From: Emiliania huxleyi CCMP1516
Taxonomy: Eukaryota
Assembly: GCF_000372725.1 (NCBI RefSeq)
Contig: NW_005201912.1
Span: 377,711-441,710 of the forward strand
DNA length: 64,000 nucleotides
Direction of reading: 5' to 3'
Under the pieces are notes generated by a model. That model made no database searches. It was not told the DNA's origin and saw nothing but the letters and a program-made list of their open reading frames with translations. Position 1 is the stretch's first letter, and the number at the start of each line of letters is the position of its first letter. A program made the position numbers and the translations under genes. Positions 58,536-64,000 of this stretch are shown in pieces.

Positions 58536-58687
58536 TTGACTGTACGTGGCTCTTACCTACATTCCCGGAGGAGGACTGCAACAGGGTTTGCGATGAGGCG
58601 CGACCCGAAGGGTTTCTCGCGGAGGTATAAAGTGCACCACTGAACGCCGAAGCGCAAGCACTTGGAGCAAGAACACTACGCCCTGGG
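58536..58687 (-). ncRNA. Conserved structured leader RNA, copy B
   Basis: Homologous to 46165-46310. Three cUNCGg tetraloop hairpins and a closing stem GTTCTTGC/GTAAGAGC. Confidence 0.6.
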
Positions 58688-58804
58688 TTTTTCATGTGCA
58701 GGCGGGTTTTTTTGTTTTTTTTTTTGAGCTTAGCCTTAAAGAAAGAAAGAAAGAAAACATACAACCCAAGGGAGGGATGGAGAACGGCACGCCGCCACCA
58801 CACA

Positions 58805-59602
58805 GCGAGCCGTCTTCTTACCAGGTTGCAACCCTAGTCTCGCACTGTGCTGTGAACAGAGCACCAACCAACAGCTCTCAGGACCCCCCGGTGCTGGGGT
58901 GCTGCCAGCAACCAACCAACTCGCCGGCGAGCGGAGCGAGCCGAAGAGCTGGGGCCAAATTGGCGCTGTGAACGTCGTTTGAACCGATTTTCGGCGGGCA
59001 CGTCGCACCTACGTGGCGGGCCGCCAGGGGCCCGGCAGCAGGGCGCCCCCGCGCGGATGCCGACGAGGATCACGGTGCGCTATCTGGGCTCGGAGCTCGG
59101 CAAAAAGGTCGCGCTACCCGACACCAAGATGCAAGAAGGAGTTGCTCGAGCTGGCCTGATGAGGTGCTCCGCGTACGAGGCAAGCGTCATCCGCTCTCCG
59201 CCCCTTGCAGCTCGTAGCTCACTGGGGAGGGAGTGCGGAAGCTCCGCGCGGCTGAAGTGCCACGCCTGCCCGCCGGGACCGCGTGCAGGAAGCTGCATCG
59301 CCAGCGCCGTCGCAGCATCGAGCGGCGCGTCCTCCCCAACCAGCACCAGCGGCGTGTATAGCACCATAGGTCGTCGGCTTTGCCGACGGGCGACGTGGAC
59401 GGACACAGACAGGCAGGGACGGGCGAAACACGTACCCGAACAAGCATGACCAGCGAACGGGGCATTGCACTACATAGTGCGGGACCTGGGGCAGCAACCA
59501 ACAACCTGGATGGGGACGGGGTGCTGCGCAACCGACGCCAACCAGCAGCGTTCACAGCACAGTGCGAGACTAGGGTTGCAACCTGGTAAGAAGACGGCTC
59601 GC
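58805..59602. repeat. 53-bp perfect inverted repeat (58805-58857 / 59550-59602) enclosing ~690 bp
   Basis: gcgagccgtcttcttaccaggttgcaaccctagtctcgcactgtgctgtgaac and its exact reverse complement. Confidence 0.9.
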
Positions 59603-59848
59603 AGGGATTTTTTAAGGAGAGGAGTGTGATGCGCTAGCCGTCGCCCACCCTGGGGAGTCAGTCTGCCTCTTCGTATCTCTTTTCGCAGTCTCTCGCCGCT
59701 TCTCGCTGCAACCTTCATGCCACCTCGCGGCCGTCCCACTCTCGCCGTTCTCTCCCTTGTCACTTCCTCCTCTGTCGCGTCGTTAGCCTTCGATGTTATG
59801 AAACAACAATCGCGATTTTTTTTCAGGCGCATAACATGTTTGACGAGT

Positions 59849-60859
59849 ATGGGATCGCCGCCACCCACATTGCAGGAGACGCAGGAGTTGCTTGTCGTCG
59901 GGAAGGACCGTGGCCCCACCCTTCTCTCAAGGCACGGGGTTCCGCTCGCCGCTGCGATCGCGTATGGTACTGCATCGGTGGTCGCGACGCTCAGCAACAA
60001 GGCGTTGCTCTCGTCATGGCAGTTTGACTGCATATTCTCTCTCCTCCTCCTGCAGAATGCGCTCACCGCGCTGCTTCTTCATCTAGCCGCACAGACGCGC
60101 TACCGCCAGCCGCTGCGGCTCAACTTTGCCCTCGACGGCGAGAGTGCGTTCCGGCTGGTTGCACCTGTCAGCGTCCTCTCGCTGCTCAACGTGCTCTGCG
60201 GCATGTGGGCGCTGAAGCTTTCGTCCGTGCCGATCTATCAGACGCTTAAGCGCATGTCGCCCCTGCCGGCCATGCTGCTGGATGCCCTGTTGCGCCGCAA
60301 GGCCTTCAGCTTGCGGATCCGCGTGTCCGTCCTCACCGTGTGTGCGGGCGCCTTTGTCGCTGGCTGCGGCGACCTCGACCGCAACGTGCTCGGCTACCTC
60401 CTCGCGGCGGCGTCGTGCGTGCTGCAGGCCCTCTACCTCGTCCTCGCAGCTCGCGCTGACGACGAGCTCGCCCTGGGTGCCCAGGGGCTGCTCTACTACT
60501 CCTCGCTCCTCGCCCTGCCGCTTCTCGTCGCGCCGGCCGTGCTCCTCGGCGAGGCCTCGAGGCTGGCTGCGTACGACCACTGGCGCGAGCCTGCCTTTGG
60601 CGCGACGCTCGCCCTCACGCTGGCCATCGGCGCGTCGCTCCAGCTGCTGCTCTTTTGGTGCACGCTTGTGACGAGCGCCGTGACCACGCTCATCGTCGGC
60701 AACCTGAAGGCTGTCACGACGACGCTGCTCGGCTTCTGGCTCTTCGGGCGCGTGCGGCTGCAGTGGTTTGGGCTCGCAGGCGTCCTCATCAACACGCTCG
60801 GCGGCATCATGTACTCTGTCTTCAAGTTCCGAGAGTCGAACAACAGCAGGGCGGGGTGA
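59849..60859 (+). CDS. Nucleotide-sugar transporter (SLC35D/TPT family)
   Basis: Roughly 9-10 hydrophobic segments. NKALLS, SVPIYQTLKR, FWCTLVTSAVTTLIVGNLK, GGIMYS. Confidence 0.9.
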   Translation: MGSPPPTLQETQELLVVGKDRGPTLLSRHGVPLAAAIAYGTASVVATLSNKALLSSWQFDCIFSLLLLQNALTALLLHLAAQTRYRQPLRLNFALDGESAFRLVAPVSVLSLLNVLCGMWALKLSSVPIYQTLKRMSPLPAMLLDALLRRKAFSLRIRVSVLTVCAGAFVAGCGDLDRNVLGYLLAAASCVLQALYLVLAARADDELALGAQGLLYYSSLLALPLLVAPAVLLGEASRLAAYDHWREPAFGATLALTLAIGASLQLLLFWCTLVTSAVTTLIVGNLKAVTTTLLGFWLFGRVRLQWFGLAGVLINTLGGIMYSVFKFRESNNSRAG

Positions 60860-61235
60860 GTACCCGCCTCGTTTTAAAAATGGCATACTACGTGTTTAAG
60901 TGTTCCCTCGAGCCGCCAGCCCTTCGAGGCCTCGTGCGCGCCCTGCTCGGGCCACTCGGGGAGCAGCGAGTACCGCCCGCCCGCCTTGCCTGGAGGGCGG
61001 CCCGTCCGGGCGGCAAACTGGAATGCACAGTTGCACGCGTGGCAGGCCGTGGGGCCTCACGAGGAACTCCCTCTCCCTCCCGCCCGTGAATAGAGCGCTA
61101 ACGGACAATCACAACAAACTCGCCTGGTGGACCACGCCCTCTGCGCGGTTTCAAAACCTTTGTGTTATTTTTGCATGTACATGTGTGGGTGGTGGTAAGG
61201 TAAGGTAAGGTAAGGTAAAATTCTCCCCTCTCGCC

Positions 61236-63011
61236 TCAGCACAGCTTCACACCTACGGCCAGGCCAATCTGCCACAACGGTGGCAGTGGTGGCGGGTGAG
61301 GCAGGAGGAAGCTCGCGGACTGGAACCTATACGGAGGGCGATACGCGAACCTACTGTTTTGCCCCGGGACAAGTGCAGCCTCGCGCGAAAGGCAGAAGTT
61401 GTTCGGGGCAACAGGCGCTCCCGGAAGGCGCTGCCCGTAGGGAGATAGGTTTTCGAACACGCGCTCCCGGGTCTCGATGAAGTCGGGAGCCCACCAAGAG
61501 AACGGCCACAAGAGGGGGAAGAGGGGAAAGCAGACTAAGGACTTTTTGAGGGAGTTGGGTCCCGTCGCCTCCATCTTGAAGAGCATGCAGGCCGGGAGGA
61601 GGGGGAAGCAGCACCACACCCAGCAGCCCTCAATGTCCTTGGTCTGGATGAGGCCTGGCGGGTCTGCGAGAGACTTGCAGAAAGAGCAGGGGGAGGAGAG
61701 AAGCCCCGCCGCCTTCTCCTTGGCCGCCCTCGCCTCCGCCGCCGCCGCCGCCTTCGCCGCCCTCGCCCTCTTCTCGGCCGCCCTCGCCTCCGCCTCCGCC
61801 TTCCGCGCCTCCTCCACGATGCGCCGCCCCTCCTCCCGCTCCATCACCATCGGCATCACCCCGTGTGCAACCGCCTGCGCGTGCTTCTCCTTGGCCGCGC
61901 GCGCGGCCGCCGCCTCGCTCTCCGCCTGCGTCGCCGCCCGTTTCACCGGGTTGCTGTCTCCGGCCTTCACGTCGTTCTTTCTCTCAAACGCATGCAGCGC
62001 TGCCTTGGCGTGCGCGGCTGCATCGGCGGTTGCCGCGACCTGCTGCTGCAGCTGCGAATCAATCGCCTCAAAAGCCGTCTGCACCGTCACGCCGAGCGAC
62101 TTGATCTTGGGCAGCTGCCCCCGCTTGTCGCTCGCGTTCGTCACTTGCACATCGGGGCTCGAAAGGAAGTCGTGCGCCTCCTGCGGGGTTTTGTTTGCCC
62201 AGGTGTCGGTGAGCGCCGACGTGAACTGCTCGCGCTGCGGCGCAGCATTCTGGATGCAGACGATGTGGTGGCGCGAATTTGCGGTGCCGACGGCCGATCT
62301 GAGGCCGTCGGGCGTCGCGAATTGCATGCTCAGCCACGCCTCGAACTGCGTCCAAAAGCGGGACAGGTACGAGAGGTCGAGGAGGATAAGGATGGTCGTG
62401 CCGAGGTAGAGCATGTTGACCTGCGGGCGAACGCACGCGACGGAGAGTGGATGAGTGGGGAGGATAGTGGTGTGGTGGCTCGTGGCAGGTGGGCGTGGGC
62501 GCTGACGAAGAATGTATCGATATGGCGCATGCTGGCCTGTGCGAGCATCCGCTTAAAGTCGTCCGTGTCCTGATCGGTGCGGCTGCCCTTGGGCTGGTCC
62601 TGCGGCATGCATGCGCCGTCGATCCACATGCGTTTGATCTTCCGGCCAGAGTCCGAATTGAGGAATTTCTTGATCGCCTTGAGCTGCTCGCCGTCGGGGT
62701 CGGGCTGCGGCGGGGCGAGCGCGGGGTGAAAGGGGTGAGCAGGGCGAGCGGGGTGAGAGAAGTGAGAGGCTCGCCTCGTCGGGCTGCATCCAGCGGTGGG
62801 AAATGGCCAGCGTCTCCTCCACGTAGGTGCCCTTGATGACCTCGGCGTAGGTGAGGACACACTCAACGAGTGCTTCGGGGTTCTTCGTGCGCAGCTCCTG
62901 AAGAAAGGGCAGCTTCTTGCCTTCAAAGTTGCGCACGAAGTTGGCGTCCAGCATGATGAACCGTTCACTCTCGGTGGAGTCGGACGGCGCGACCTGGGTG
63001 ATCTTGACCAT
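61236..63011 (-). CDS. HET-like (TIR-related) domain protein with coiled coil and Cys-rich hydrophobic C-terminus, two introns
   Basis: LAISHRW…PDPDGEQL…MWIDGACMPQ…VNMLYLG…YLSRFWTQFEAW follows the HET pattern SHxW / WIDxxC / YxxRxWxxxE. Confidence 0.75.
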
Positions 63012-63869
63012 GCCTGCGTTTCGCCCCGAGCCAACTCCTGTGCCGGAACGTTATACCCGGGTATTTCTCTCTCTCTAAAATGAGACAACCCAAGGAACCG
63101 TTACGGAAAAGCATGCGCGACGCTGCCTCTTTGCGCCGCTCGCTCGCGGCGGCGGGAGACATGGCCGCCGAAGCGGCTCGCACTCGCTCGGCGGGCCTCC
63201 GTCCCACAGCCGCCCGGGCGTGCCAGGGGGCAGCCTGGCGCTGCGCTGCTCGCACGCTGCACTGCACAAAGCTGTGACAACAAGGGGAGGCTCCTGAGCT
63301 TCAGCGTTGAGCAGTGCAGCTGCGGGCGCTCGTGGGCGGCTGTGCAGTGGTGAGAATGCCTGGTTGGAGGCGAGCTGGCGCTGCGCCAGGGTGCGCAGCA
63401 TGCTCCCTTGCTCTGTCCTGAGGCATGCTGGTTGGCGCCCAACACAATGCCCTGGATGCATTGCTCCACGCCGTGCTGGCTGGTGCAGTACTGCCAGTGC
63501 GCCGACTGGCGCGCAGGGTGCGCGTCGCCGCGCGTGGCGCGGGAGGCGCGAGAGGCGCGGCTGTCGGTCAACCCCGCGGCGCAGGCGCGCCGCGGAAGCT
63601 GCTCGACAGGCGACTTCATTGCGAACGCCGTCGCCGTTACTCCAACTTTCCTTTGCCGATCAAAAGCGCCCGTCCTTTGCTTTTTAGCCGCCGAAATTTA
63701 GCTCGCTGTTTTTCTTTAATAGGCGTCTGCAACTTCCAAGCTGCGTATTCTTGTATTATCGTCGAGTAGTACAGGTACTCCGTGGGGGCAGTGTGTATTC
63801 TCGTAACATGCGCGTATTCTCGTATCACTGGCTCCGAGTAGAAAAAGAAACTAGAAAGAAAACATGTCG

Positions 63870-64000
63870 AGTCCGTGTCGAGTGTTTACTAGCTCCGAGT
63901 AGAGGGGGCGTTCTGCTGCTAGGGGAAACCTGGAGCGCGGAGCTAACCCTCGGAGACCCGTGTTTACTTTAAGGCCCTTGCCCTGCGAACGCGCACCCCC
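63870..64000 (+). mobile_element. Dispersed repeat family 1, copy C (runs off the window)
   Basis: gtgtttactagctccgagtagagggggcgttc… and aaccctcggagacccgtgtttact… match copies A and B. Confidence 0.8.

Larger units (their letters stand above)
52636..58687 (-). mobile_element. CRE-like non-LTR retrotransposon, internally inverted and lacking a recognisable endonuclease
   Basis: Minus ORF from 58401 carries an RNase H1 N-terminal/Cauli_VI-like domain, C2H2 fingers and RT motifs 0-3 (GGPTQVDYEL, KDDGVSCRPLG, DKENFYN). RT motifs 4-7 (GFTQGG, IADD, NGVGVG, LNHVAR) lie on the + strand at ~52900-53790. Confidence 0.85.

Noticed and set aside
58640..58665. GTGCTTGCGCTTCGGC as a U6 snRNA 5' end
   Set aside because: No downstream ACAGAGA box or other U6 sequence.
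63075..63770. Several overlapping 100-170 aa ORFs
   Set aside because: No consistent frame, motif or splice structure.

Overview
GC-rich, intron-rich eukaryotic nuclear DNA. GC-AG introns, intronic 10-11-bp satellites such as (ATATGGGGAG)n and (GCCGAGATGA)n, TTAGGG repeats and the gene content suggest a haptophyte such as Emiliania/Gephyrocapsa huxleyi (inference). About 20 protein genes are recognisable by motif. They include a Kelch protein and a frameshifted paralogue, an LRR protein, a glutaredoxin, a kexin/furin-like S8 protease, a peroxisomal hydratase-2, a Hint-domain surface protein, POT1, DUF1810, a CRAL-TRIO protein, an S49 peptidase, a bestrophin, a tandem-BAF membrane protein, an M48 peptidase, a UBA-GNAT-C5-methyltransferase fusion, a GH1, a nucleotide-sugar transporter and a HET-like protein. 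Also present are a rearranged CRE-like non-LTR retrotransposon, several dispersed repeat families, interstitial telomeric repeats and a 921-N gap. Best leads: (1) a ~145-nt structured RNA with UNCG hairpins and one covarying pair, sitting just upstream of both the retrotransposon ORF and the intronless UBA-GNAT-DNA-methyltransferase ORF; (2) that fusion enzyme itself; (3) a membrane-anchored double-BAF protein; (4) a family of ultra-short insertions flanked by target-site duplications; (5) introns built from duplicated exon ends. All calls come from reading motifs by eye; no searches were run, and exon boundaries are approximate unless stated.
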